From Clostridiales bacterium (GTDB taxonomy: Bacteria; Bacillota; Clostridia; Christensenellales; Borkfalkiaceae), in NCBI GenBank assembly GCA_023667345.1, contig JAMPAF010000006.1, positions 6,997 through 70,996 of the forward strand: a DNA stretch of 64,000 bases. Direction: 5' to 3'. The position numbers were made by a program, and so were the translations under genes. The notes under the pieces are model-generated. The model worked only from the letters and a program-made list of their open reading frames with translations, ran no database searches and was not told the DNA's origin. Positions 16,820-24,635 of this stretch are shown piece after piece (the first letter of the stretch is position 1; every line of letters begins with the position of its first letter).

Positions 16820-17566
16820 ATGTCAAGAAAACCTTTTATTGCAGGCAACTGGAAAATGAATATGACCGCCGCAAGCGGCAAGGAACTTATAAAAGAGCTT
16901 AAACCGCTCGTAAAAGGCGCGAAATGCAACGTTGCTCTGTGCGTTCCCGCGATACTCATTCCCGAAATGGTTAAAGCCGCCAAGGGCAGCAAAATCAAAA
17001 TCGGTGCGCAGAACGTGCACTGGGCGGAAAATGGCGCGTACACGGGCGAGATATCCTGCGCACAGCTTAAAGAGTACGGCGTGAGCTATGCGATAATAGG
17101 TCACAGCGAACGCCGCCAGTACTTCGGCGAGACCGACGAGGGCGTGAATAAGCGCACTCTTTCCGCGCTTGAAAACGGCATTACCCCCATAGTATGCGTC
17201 GGTGAAACGCTTGAAGAGCGCGAAAGCAGCGTTACCGAAAAGGTTTTGGAAAGGCAGCTTACCGACGGCTTAAAGGGCGTTGAGGACGTCACGAAAGTCG
17301 TTATCGCGTACGAGCCCGTATGGGCAATCGGCACGGGCAAAACCGCCACCGACGAACAGGCGGAAGAGACCATTAAATATATCCGCAAGACGCTCGGCAA
17401 GCTTTTCGGCGCGCCCGCCGCGAAGAAGGTTATAATTCAGTACGGCGGCTCGATGAACGCGGGCAACTGCAAGGGGCTTATGGCACAGCCCGACATCGAC
17501 GGCGGACTTATCGGCGGCGCATCGTTAAAGCTCGACTTCGCAACAATTGTTAATTACGATAAGTAA
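16820..17566 (+). CDS. tpiA: triosephosphate isomerase
   Basis: FIAGNWKMN, IGHSERR, and AYEPVWAIGTG motifs. Confidence 0.95.
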   Translation: MSRKPFIAGNWKMNMTAASGKELIKELKPLVKGAKCNVALCVPAILIPEMVKAAKGSKIKIGAQNVHWAENGAYTGEISCAQLKEYGVSYAIIGHSERRQYFGETDEGVNKRTLSALENGITPIVCVGETLEERESSVTEKVLERQLTDGLKGVEDVTKVVIAYEPVWAIGTGKTATDEQAEETIKYIRKTLGKLFGAPAAKKVIIQYGGSMNAGNCKGLMAQPDIDGGLIGGASLKLDFATIVNYDK

Positions 17567-17567
17567 T

Positions 17568-17690
17568 CCCCCCTTGCCTTCCCCTTTGAAGGGGAAGGTG
17601 GCTTGCGTAGCAAGACGAAAGAGGTTGAATTATAAAAACAACCTCTATCCCCTCTGCGAGGTACTTTCCCCTTAGAAAGGGGAAAGCAAG
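17568..17690 (+). repeat. type II P element (five hairpins, no H arrays) between tpiA and gpmI
   Basis: CCTTCCCC-tttga-AGGGGAAGG; GGCTTGC-gta-GCAAGAC; GAAAGAGGTTG-11 nt-CAACCTCTATC; CCCTC-tgc-GAGG; CTTTCCCC-ttagaa-AGGGGAAAG. Confidence 0.85.
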
Positions 17691-17726
17691 TTTGCGGTAA
17701 AATATTAAAATTCAAAAGGAATAAAT

Positions 17727-19280
17727 ATGACTAAAAAAACACCTTATGCAATTATCATTATGGACGGCTACGGCATAGCCCCCGCGGGCGAGGGCAACGC
17801 CATCTCGATTAACGGCAGTAAAAACGTGAACGAGCTCATAAAAACCTACCCCTCCGCCACCCTCGGCGCAAGCGGTATGTCGGTCGGGCTACCCGACGGG
17901 CAGATGGGCAATTCCGAGGTCGGGCACCTGAATATGGGCGCGGGGCGCATCGTCTATCAGGACCTGACCAAGATAACCAAGGCGATAGGCGACGGCGACT
18001 TTTTCGCAAATCCCGCCCTCATTAAGGCTATGGACAACGCGAAGGGCGGCAAAAAACTGCACCTTTTGGGACTACTTTCCAACGGCGGCGTGCACAGCCA
18101 CATAACCCACCTTTACGCCCTCTTGAAAATGGCGAAGAGCCGCGGCGTTGATGAGTGCTACGTTCACTGCTTTATGGACGGAAGGGACGTTCCCCCCACC
18201 TCGGGCGTGGAGTTTATCCGCGCGTTGCAGGCGGAAATGAAGACGCTCGGTTACGGAAAGATTGCCTCGGTTGCGGGCAGATACTACGCAATGGACAGGG
18301 ACAACAACTGGGACAGAGTCGAAAAGGCGTATGATATGCTCACGCTCGGCACGGGCAAGCCCTGCGCCGACCCCGCCACTGCGGTAGAGGACAGCTATGC
18401 CGCGGGCGACACCGACGAGTTTATCAAGCCCGTCAACGTGTTCGAAAACGGCAAGCCCGTGGGGCTTATCGAAAAGGGTGACAGCGTTGTATGCTTCAAC
18501 TTCCGCCCCGACCGCGCGAGAGAGATTACCCGCGCCATATCCCAGCGCGAATTCGTCGTTCCCAAGGGCACGGCGTTCGAGAGAAAGACGGGCTTTTTGG
18601 AACCCGTGTACGTCTGCTTCACCGTGTACGACGCTCTGTTTACGGGCGTGGAAATCGCGTTCCCCAAGACCTCGCTCGACAACACTTTGGGCGAGTACCT
18701 TTCAAAGTGCGGCAAGACGCAGCTCAGAATTGCCGAAACGGAGAAATACGCGCACGTAACCTTCTTCTTCAACGGCGGCGTAGAGGCACCCAATGAGGGC
18801 GAACAGCGCGATTTGATTCCCTCGCCCAAGGTTGCGACCTACGACTTACAGCCCGAAATGAGCGCGTACCTCGTTACCGACAAGGTGCTCGAAGAGCTTG
18901 ACAGCGGCAAGTTCGATGTGGTTATTTTGAACTTTGCCAACTGCGATATGGTCGGGCACACCGCGGTTATACCCGCCGCAGTCAAGGCGGTCGGCACTGT
19001 GGACGAGTGCGTAAAAAAGGTCTGCGACAAGATTTTGGCAATGGGCGGCTCCGCGATTTTAACCGCCGACCACGGCAACGCCGACAGGCTTTTGGGCGAC
19101 GACGGCTCGCCCTTCACGGCGCACACCACCAACCCCGTGCCCGTGGTTTTGGTTTCGGAAAAATATAAGAACGCTACCTTGCGCGACGGCGGCATTTTAG
19201 CCGACCTCGCCCCCACTCTTTTAACCGTGATGGGCTTGCCTGTCCCCGCCGAAATGACCGGAAAAAGCTTGATTAAGTAA
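17727..19280 (+). CDS. gpmI: 2,3-bisphosphoglycerate-independent phosphoglycerate mutase
   Basis: IIMDGYG...GNSEVGHLNMGAGR...ADHGNAD motifs; 517 aa. Confidence 0.95.
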   Translation: MTKKTPYAIIIMDGYGIAPAGEGNAISINGSKNVNELIKTYPSATLGASGMSVGLPDGQMGNSEVGHLNMGAGRIVYQDLTKITKAIGDGDFFANPALIKAMDNAKGGKKLHLLGLLSNGGVHSHITHLYALLKMAKSRGVDECYVHCFMDGRDVPPTSGVEFIRALQAEMKTLGYGKIASVAGRYYAMDRDNNWDRVEKAYDMLTLGTGKPCADPATAVEDSYAAGDTDEFIKPVNVFENGKPVGLIEKGDSVVCFNFRPDRAREITRAISQREFVVPKGTAFERKTGFLEPVYVCFTVYDALFTGVEIAFPKTSLDNTLGEYLSKCGKTQLRIAETEKYAHVTFFFNGGVEAPNEGEQRDLIPSPKVATYDLQPEMSAYLVTDKVLEELDSGKFDVVILNFANCDMVGHTAVIPAAVKAVGTVDECVKKVCDKILAMGGSAILTADHGNADRLLGDDGSPFTAHTTNPVPVVLVSEKYKNATLRDGGILADLAPTLLTVMGLPVPAEMTGKSLIK

Positions 19281-19297
19281 ATTACAAAGCACAAAGC

Positions 19298-19335
19298 GCC
19301 CCGCGGCGAAAATTCGCCGCGGGGCTTTACGTTTT
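19298..19335. terminator. bidirectional terminator between gpmI and the 101-aa ORF
   Basis: 13-bp stem GCCCCGCGGCGAA-aa-TTCGCCGCGGGGC, then TTTACGTTTT. Confidence 0.8.
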
Positions 19336-19639
19336 AATAAAGATAATGTCTTTCCTTTTGCGTGTTATACTCGTAAACCGAAATCGCACCCGCTTCCGCA
19401 AGCTCGTTTAATACGTCGAGAGCCGTTTTATCGGGGTCAGCCAACGGCTTTAAAAGTGGTCTCCTTTCGTCTAACCTGATAGTCTCCTTTAAATAGTCTT
19501 TATCGTATAAGCAAGTGCGCTTAATACTCTCGAAATCGCTTTTGGGTATGGCGCCCGCTCTGTAATTTTCATACACAATCAACAACACTGTGTAAAGCTC
19601 GGCAAGAGCTCTGTCTTTAAAATACGGACATTTTGACAT
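19334..19639 (-). CDS. hypothetical 101-aa protein
   Basis: GAGAGG SD. Divergently paired with an XRE regulator. No family recognised. Confidence 0.6.
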   Translation of the reverse strand: MSKCPYFKDRALAELYTVLLIVYENYRAGAIPKSDFESIKRTCLYDKDYLKETIRLDERRPLLKPLADPDKTALDVLNELAEAGAISVYEYNTQKERHYLY

Positions 19640-19696
19640 TGATTTAACCTCTCAGATATATGTTATTTAAACACTGTCCAAAAGTCAAGCAAAATT

Positions 19697-19711
19697 TTGC
19701 ACAACGTGCAA
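19697..19711. promoter_or_regulatory. palindromic putative operator TTGCAC-aac-GTGCAA
   Basis: Perfect 6+6 palindrome in the 83-nt divergent region between the 101-aa ORF and the XRE gene. Confidence 0.4.
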
Positions 19712-19722
19712 ATAATGTATAT

Positions 19723-19935
19723 ATGATAAAGATTGAAGAAATACAGTTGCGGCTTCGCGAAGCGATAAATACCAGCTATATCAGCAAATCTGAAATAGCT
19801 CGGGAACTCGGCGTTTCACCGTCTACCATAAGCAAATATTTACACGCCGACAAATTCCCCTCTATCGACACATTTGCAAACCTTTGCAGAGTTTTAGACG
19901 TTTCCGCAGACGAAATTTTAGGACTTAAAAAATAA
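19723..19935 (+). CDS. XRE-family HTH regulator (70 aa)
   Basis: ISKSEIARELGVSPSTISKYLHADKFPSIDTFANLCRVLDVSADEILG. Start trimmed to ATG 19723. Confidence 0.8.
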   Translation: MIKIEEIQLRLREAINTSYISKSEIARELGVSPSTISKYLHADKFPSIDTFANLCRVLDVSADEILGLKK

Positions 19936-19944
19936 ACGGTTTGT

Positions 19945-19979
19945 GCCCGCGCGTTTAATTACGACGCGCGGGCTTTTTA
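19945..19979 (+). terminator. intrinsic terminator after the XRE gene
   Basis: GCCCGCGCG-11 nt-CGCGCGGGC plus TTTTT. Confidence 0.8.
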
Positions 19980-19980
19980 T

Positions 19981-20009
19981 TTGCAAAAATTTTAGTAAAC
20001 GACTATAAT
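19981..20009 (+). promoter_or_regulatory. promoter TTGCAA-17-TATAAT, 9 nt upstream of the EamA ATG
   Basis: No SD between the -10 box and the ATG at 20019. Confidence 0.5.
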
Positions 20010-20018
20010 AATAGTGAA

Positions 20019-21044
20019 ATGACAGAGAACGAACAGCCGAAAGATATTCCCGAAAGTGCGGAAGAGAACGTAAACGGCGCCAACGGAAAATTTACTAAGA
20101 CAAAGCTTACGCCAGAACGGTTTTTTACCAAACCGCCCGTCGTTGCCCTTTGCGCAATTTTTTGTTGCGTGCTTTGGGGGAGCGCCTTCCCCTGCGTTAA
20201 AACGGGGTATAAGCTCTTTGAAATAGACACAAAAAACCCCGCTTCCCTAATGCTGTTTGCGGGCGTGCGCTTTGCCTTGGCGGGCGTGCTGGTTATTGCG
20301 TTCGGCTCGGTGCAAAAACGCAGGCTTTTGGTGCCTAAACCCCGTAATATATGGCGGGTAATGCTCGTCGCGCTCTTTCAGACGGCGCTTCAATACACCT
20401 TTTTTTACATCGGTTTATCCTGCGTTTCGGGAGTTAAATCGTCCGTTTTAAACGGGCTGGGCGTGTTCTTTACGATTCTTTGCGCGTGCTTTATTTTCCG
20501 CACCGAAAAATTCAATTTAATAAAGCTTGCGGGCTGTGTTTTGGGCTTCGGCGGAGTAATTTTAATCAACCTCGGCGGCGACTTTTCGTTCACCTTTTCC
20601 TTTACGGGCGAGGGGTTTTTAATTCTTTCGGGGCTGTCGTCCGCGGTTGCGGCGGGGCTCGTGAAAATTTTTTCGAAGCACGAAAACACCACCGCGCTGT
20701 GCGGCTATCAGTTTTTAATCGGCGGCGTAGTCCTCATAATAATAGGTTTAAGCTTCGGCGGGCGCATACCGCACATATCGGTCGGCGCGGCGTTTATGCT
20801 TTTATACCTCGCCTTTCTGTCCGCGTGCGCGTTCACGCTTCAAGGCTTTTTATTGAAGTACAACCCCGTATCGAAAGTGGCCGTGTACAAGAGCACCAAC
20901 CCGCTTTTCGGCGCGGTATTTTCCGCGATTATCCTGTCCGAGAGCGACCAGCTTTTAAGCTGGTACACGCTTTTAGCCATAATTTTGGTGTGCTTGGGCA
21001 TATTTATTATCAACAAATTCGGCGAAAGGCGCAAAAAAACATAA
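20019..21044 (+). CDS. EamA/DMT-family transporter
   Basis: Ten hydrophobic segments in two EamA-like halves (WGSAFPCVK...). Acidic N-terminal extension. Confidence 0.85.
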   Translation: MTENEQPKDIPESAEENVNGANGKFTKTKLTPERFFTKPPVVALCAIFCCVLWGSAFPCVKTGYKLFEIDTKNPASLMLFAGVRFALAGVLVIAFGSVQKRRLLVPKPRNIWRVMLVALFQTALQYTFFYIGLSCVSGVKSSVLNGLGVFFTILCACFIFRTEKFNLIKLAGCVLGFGGVILINLGGDFSFTFSFTGEGFLILSGLSSAVAAGLVKIFSKHENTTALCGYQFLIGGVVLIIIGLSFGGRIPHISVGAAFMLLYLAFLSACAFTLQGFLLKYNPVSKVAVYKSTNPLFGAVFSAIILSESDQLLSWYTLLAIILVCLGIFIINKFGERRKKT

Positions 21045-21072
21045 ATTTTTTATAAATGCGCCCGATTTTTCA

Positions 21073-21102
21073 TTGTCAAACGCTTTTCTTTTATGTTATA
21101 AT
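21073..21102 (+). promoter_or_regulatory. promoter TTGTCA-18-TATAAT (TGT extended) for secG
   Basis: Read directly. Confidence 0.5.
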
Positions 21103-21134
21103 TTTTCGGTAAATAAGTTAATTGAGGTTCGGAA

Positions 21135-21431
21135 ATGTTAAACATTTTGGCGGCAGCCATGGGCACGGACGCCTATACAGCCTACGTCGTTTTAAGAACA
21201 ATCGCGATAGTTGCAATGTTCCTTGCGGCTTTGGCGGCAATAATTTTGGTTCTTCTGCAACAGAGCAACTCGGAAGGTATCGAGGGAATAACCGGTTCGA
21301 GCGAGACTTTCTTCGGCAAAAACAAGGGTCAGTCGATTGAAAGCAAGCTTAAAAAGTGGAGCTGGATAAGTCTCGGCGTACTTGCCTTTTTGTCGATTAC
21401 GTTTTATATCGTGGTCATTATTCTGGGTTAA
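21135..21431 (+). CDS. secG: preprotein translocase subunit SecG
   Basis: Two TM segments flanking LLQQSNSEGIEGITGSSETFFG. Conserved secG-rnr-smpB order. Confidence 0.8.
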   Translation: MLNILAAAMGTDAYTAYVVLRTIAIVAMFLAALAAIILVLLQQSNSEGIEGITGSSETFFGKNKGQSIESKLKKWSWISLGVLAFLSITFYIVVIILG

Positions 21432-21454
21432 TTGATAAATTCTATCGTTACTGC

Positions 21455-21496
21455 GGCGGAACTCTTTTAAAAGATTTCCGCCCTTTTATTTATTTT
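21455..21496 (+). terminator. intrinsic terminator after secG
   Basis: GGCGGAACTCTTTT/AAAAGATTTCCGCC near-palindrome, then CTTTTATTTATTTT. Confidence 0.7.
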
Positions 21497-21522
21497 GCTA
21501 CAAATATTTTAACCGCAATATG

Positions 21523-21544
21523 ACCTTCCCCTTAGGGGGAAGGT
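21523..21544. repeat. solo P1 hairpin ACCTTCCCC-ttag-GGGGAAGGT
   Basis: Identical to the terminal hairpin of the type I P cores. Confidence 0.7.
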
Positions 21545-21583
21545 TAAATCAAGGAATTAAACAGATAAAAAAACAATTTACAT

Positions 21584-23665
21584 ATGGACATATTGAGAAA
21601 AAAGCTTACCGACGGATTTAAGAGCGGTAAATTGCAATTAAAATCGCAAAACGAAATACTGCGCGCTCTGCGCCTCTCCCCCTCGTACAAAAAGGGACTG
21701 CGCGCGGCGATAAACCAGCTTGTAAAAGAGGGCATAATCATAAAGGACGGCGGCGGGCTGTACGCTACTCCGCAGGCTTTGGGCGCGTTCACGGCGCGGG
21801 TGAAAGCCAACCCGCAGGGCTACGCGTTTTTAATTCCCGACGGCGCGGCAGAGCGCGAAAACGATTACTTTGTACCCAAAAAGCACCTTGGCGACGCGCT
21901 TGACGGCGACACCGTTATCGCCGTGCCCGTGCGCGGCACCGACGACGAGGCGCGCGTCATTAAAATTATATCGCGCGGGCGGGCGCGCGTTATCGGCGTG
22001 TTTCAGTCCGACAGGCACGCGGGCTATGTTATCCCCGACGACCGCGCTTTTTTGAGCGACGTCTACATTCCCCTCTCCCTCTCGGGCGGCGCGGAGGACG
22101 GCGACAAGGTTGTTGCCGAGGTAACATCTTACCCCAAAGGCAAAGCCGTGGGCGGGAAGATTGTCGAGGTTTTGGGCAGGGACGGCGACTTTTTCGTCGA
22201 GGAAGAGGCGATTTTGAAAAGCTACGGCTACGCCTCCTCCTTCCCCGACTACGTTGAAATTACCGCCGAAAAGGCTGCCGCCGAACCTGTGCGGCTTGGC
22301 GGCAGGCGGGATTTGCGCGGCCTTCTGACAATCACCATCGACGGCGTTGACACGCGGGATATCGACGACGCCGTTTCGCTGGAAATGCAGGGCGAAAATT
22401 ACCGCCTCGGCGTGCATATCGCCGACGTGAGCCATTACGTAAAATTCAACGGCTGTATCGACAAAGAAGCGTACGGGCGCGGCACGAGCGTGTACTTCCC
22501 CGACCGCGTTATACCCATGCTGCCGAAGAGCCTTTCTAACGGCGCGTGCAGTTTAAACGAGGGCGAGGACAGATACGCAATGAGCTGTTTTATGACCTTT
22601 GACAAGCGGGGCAACCGCGTAAACTTCGAGCTGTGCGAGAGCGTTATTAAAAGCGATAAGCGCATGACCTACGACGAGGTTACAAACATTTTAAACGGCA
22701 CGAATACCGACGGGGCTTACCCCGAAATCGCACCCATGCTAAGGGGTATGGCGGAGCTCTGTCTGCTCCTCGAAGGCAAGCGGAAAGAGGCGGGCGAGGT
22801 GAGCTTAGACGTGAAAGAGGCGCACATATACCTCATCGAATCGGGCGAGATAGTAATTCCCGACTACGAGCGCGCCCTTTCGCACCGCATAATAGAGCAG
22901 TTTATGGTGAGCGCGAACGAGGCTGTCGCAGAGTTTGCCGAAAGGCGGAAAGCTCCCTTTTTGTACCGCATACACGAACAGCCCGCGCCCGAAAAGACGA
23001 GCCTTTTGTACGGCTTTCTGCGCGATTTGGGCGTGAACGCAAAGGGCGACACGGACGACGCGCACCCCGCCGACTACCAAAGAATTTTAACCGAGGTTGC
23101 GGACAAGCCGTTTTCCTCGGTCGTGAACAAGGTTATGCTCCGCTCCATGCAAAAGGCGAGATATTCCGAGGAAAACAAGGGGCACTTCGGCTTGGCGAGC
23201 GGGTGCTACTGCCACTTCACCTCGCCCATACGCCGCTACCCCGACCTGTTTGTGCACCGAGTGCTTAAAATGCTTTTGCAAGGGGATATTGCGGGGGCAA
23301 CCGCAAAATTTTCGCCCGTTGCAAAGGCGGCGGCGATTGACACGAGCGAGCGCGAGAGACAGGCGGATACAGCCGAACGCGACGTGGACGATTTGTACAA
23401 GGTTGCGTATATGCAGACCCGCTTGGGCGAGGAATACGACGCTGTAATTTCGGGCGTTATCGAGAGCGGAATTTTTGCCGAGCTTGCGAACACCGTCGAG
23501 GGATTTATCCGCTACGAAGCTCTGCCCGACGACCACTATTTTTACGTGCCGGAAAAGTTTAAACTGTACGGAAGAAAACACTCCTTCCGCATAGGCGACA
23601 AGGTGCGCATTAAGGTTGCCGCTTGCGATTTAGGCTCGCGGAAAATTCAATTTGTTCTCGTTTAA
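21584..23665 (+). CDS. rnr: ribonuclease R
   Basis: RNB catalytic signature (TIDGVDTRDIDDAVS), CSD-like N-terminal domains, and a C-terminal S1 domain (EYDAVISGVIESGIFAEL). Confidence 0.95.
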   Translation: MDILRKKLTDGFKSGKLQLKSQNEILRALRLSPSYKKGLRAAINQLVKEGIIIKDGGGLYATPQALGAFTARVKANPQGYAFLIPDGAAERENDYFVPKKHLGDALDGDTVIAVPVRGTDDEARVIKIISRGRARVIGVFQSDRHAGYVIPDDRAFLSDVYIPLSLSGGAEDGDKVVAEVTSYPKGKAVGGKIVEVLGRDGDFFVEEEAILKSYGYASSFPDYVEITAEKAAAEPVRLGGRRDLRGLLTITIDGVDTRDIDDAVSLEMQGENYRLGVHIADVSHYVKFNGCIDKEAYGRGTSVYFPDRVIPMLPKSLSNGACSLNEGEDRYAMSCFMTFDKRGNRVNFELCESVIKSDKRMTYDEVTNILNGTNTDGAYPEIAPMLRGMAELCLLLEGKRKEAGEVSLDVKEAHIYLIESGEIVIPDYERALSHRIIEQFMVSANEAVAEFAERRKAPFLYRIHEQPAPEKTSLLYGFLRDLGVNAKGDTDDAHPADYQRILTEVADKPFSSVVNKVMLRSMQKARYSEENKGHFGLASGCYCHFTSPIRRYPDLFVHRVLKMLLQGDIAGATAKFSPVAKAAAIDTSERERQADTAERDVDDLYKVAYMQTRLGEEYDAVISGVIESGIFAELANTVEGFIRYEALPDDHYFYVPEKFKLYGRKHSFRIGDKVRIKVAACDLGSRKIQFVLV

Positions 23666-23684
23666 CTTTACAACATCAAAATTT

Positions 23685-23883
23685 TATTATAAAATAATAA
23701 ACGTAGCAAGCAAAACCACGCTTTTGCGCAGCGCGACCCAATTTGCGAAAACTTTCGCCTCAGTAGGTAAAGCCGCACGATTTCTAATAATCGAGGGCTA
23801 AAACCTATCGTGCGGCTAGGGCAACGCCCTCAAATTCGCAGAAAATATTTTGCGCCCCAAGCAAAAGATTTTTGCGAGAGAGG
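23685..23883 (+). repeat. L element copy immediately upstream of smpB
   Basis: AAAATAATAAACGTAGCAAGCAAAACCACGCTTTTGCGCAGCGCGACCCAATTTGCG...GCCCCAAGCAAAAGATTTTTGCGAGAGAGG, then 5 nt to the ATG. Confidence 0.85.
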
Positions 23884-23888
23884 TTTTT

Positions 23889-24335
23889 ATGAAGCAGATA
23901 GCGTACAACAAGTCCGCCTCATTCGAATATTTTATCGAGACCAAATTCGAGGCGGGAATAGTTTTGGAGGGCGCGGAAGTCAAGTCTTTGCGGGCGGGCA
24001 ACTGCAACCTGAAAGACAGCTTCTGCTTTATACGGGACGGCGAAGTCACCCTAAAAAATATGCACATACCCGTCTACGACAAGAGTGGCGCGTTCAACTC
24101 AAAGGACAGCAAGCGCGATAGAAAGCTTTTACTGCACAAGTACGAAATAGACAAAATCGTCGGCAAGATAAACCAAAAGGGTATGACGCTCGTGCCCATA
24201 TCCCTCTACTTTAAGGACAACTTAATCAAGGTTGAGGTTGCGCTTTGCCGCGGCAAACAGAACTACGACAAAAAGCAGTCCATAAAAGCGCGCGATATAG
24301 ACCGCGACACAAAAAGACAGATAAAAGATTATTAA
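23889..24335 (+). CDS. smpB: SsrA-binding protein SmpB
   Basis: NKSASFEYFIETKFEAGIVLEGAEVKSLR...RKLLLHKYEI. Start at ATG 23889 preceded by GAGAGAGG. Confidence 0.95.
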   Translation: MKQIAYNKSASFEYFIETKFEAGIVLEGAEVKSLRAGNCNLKDSFCFIRDGEVTLKNMHIPVYDKSGAFNSKDSKRDRKLLLHKYEIDKIVGKINQKGMTLVPISLYFKDNLIKVEVALCRGKQNYDKKQSIKARDIDRDTKRQIKDY

Positions 24336-24625
24336 TTCGGAATTATGAATGCGGAATTCGGAATTAAAATAGACCGCATTATTACCTTCCCCTTAGGGGG
24401 AAGGTGGGTTGACCGATTAGGTCAAGCCGAATGAGGGGTTGGCTATTTAAAACCGACTAACCCCTCATCCGTCCCAACCTTACGGTTGCGACACCTTCCC
24501 CCTAAGGGGAAGGTCAAACAGCGGAATAAATTATTTAAATAATTCAACTCGGTATAATTCCGCCCCGCGCTTGCGCAGCACGGAGCGTAGCGCAGTAATT
24601 ACGAATTCTTCATTAAATAAAGGAG
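24334..24625 (+). repeat. full element: H array (24334-24368), type I P core (24384-24514), linker GCGGAATAAATTATTTA, U module (about 24571-24612)
   Basis: Five-hairpin core bounded by ACCTTCCCC-ttag-GGGGAAGGT and ACCTTCCCC-ctaa-GGGGAAGGT. The first heptamer overlaps the smpB stop. Confidence 0.9.
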
Positions 24626-24635
24626 TTTAAACTTT

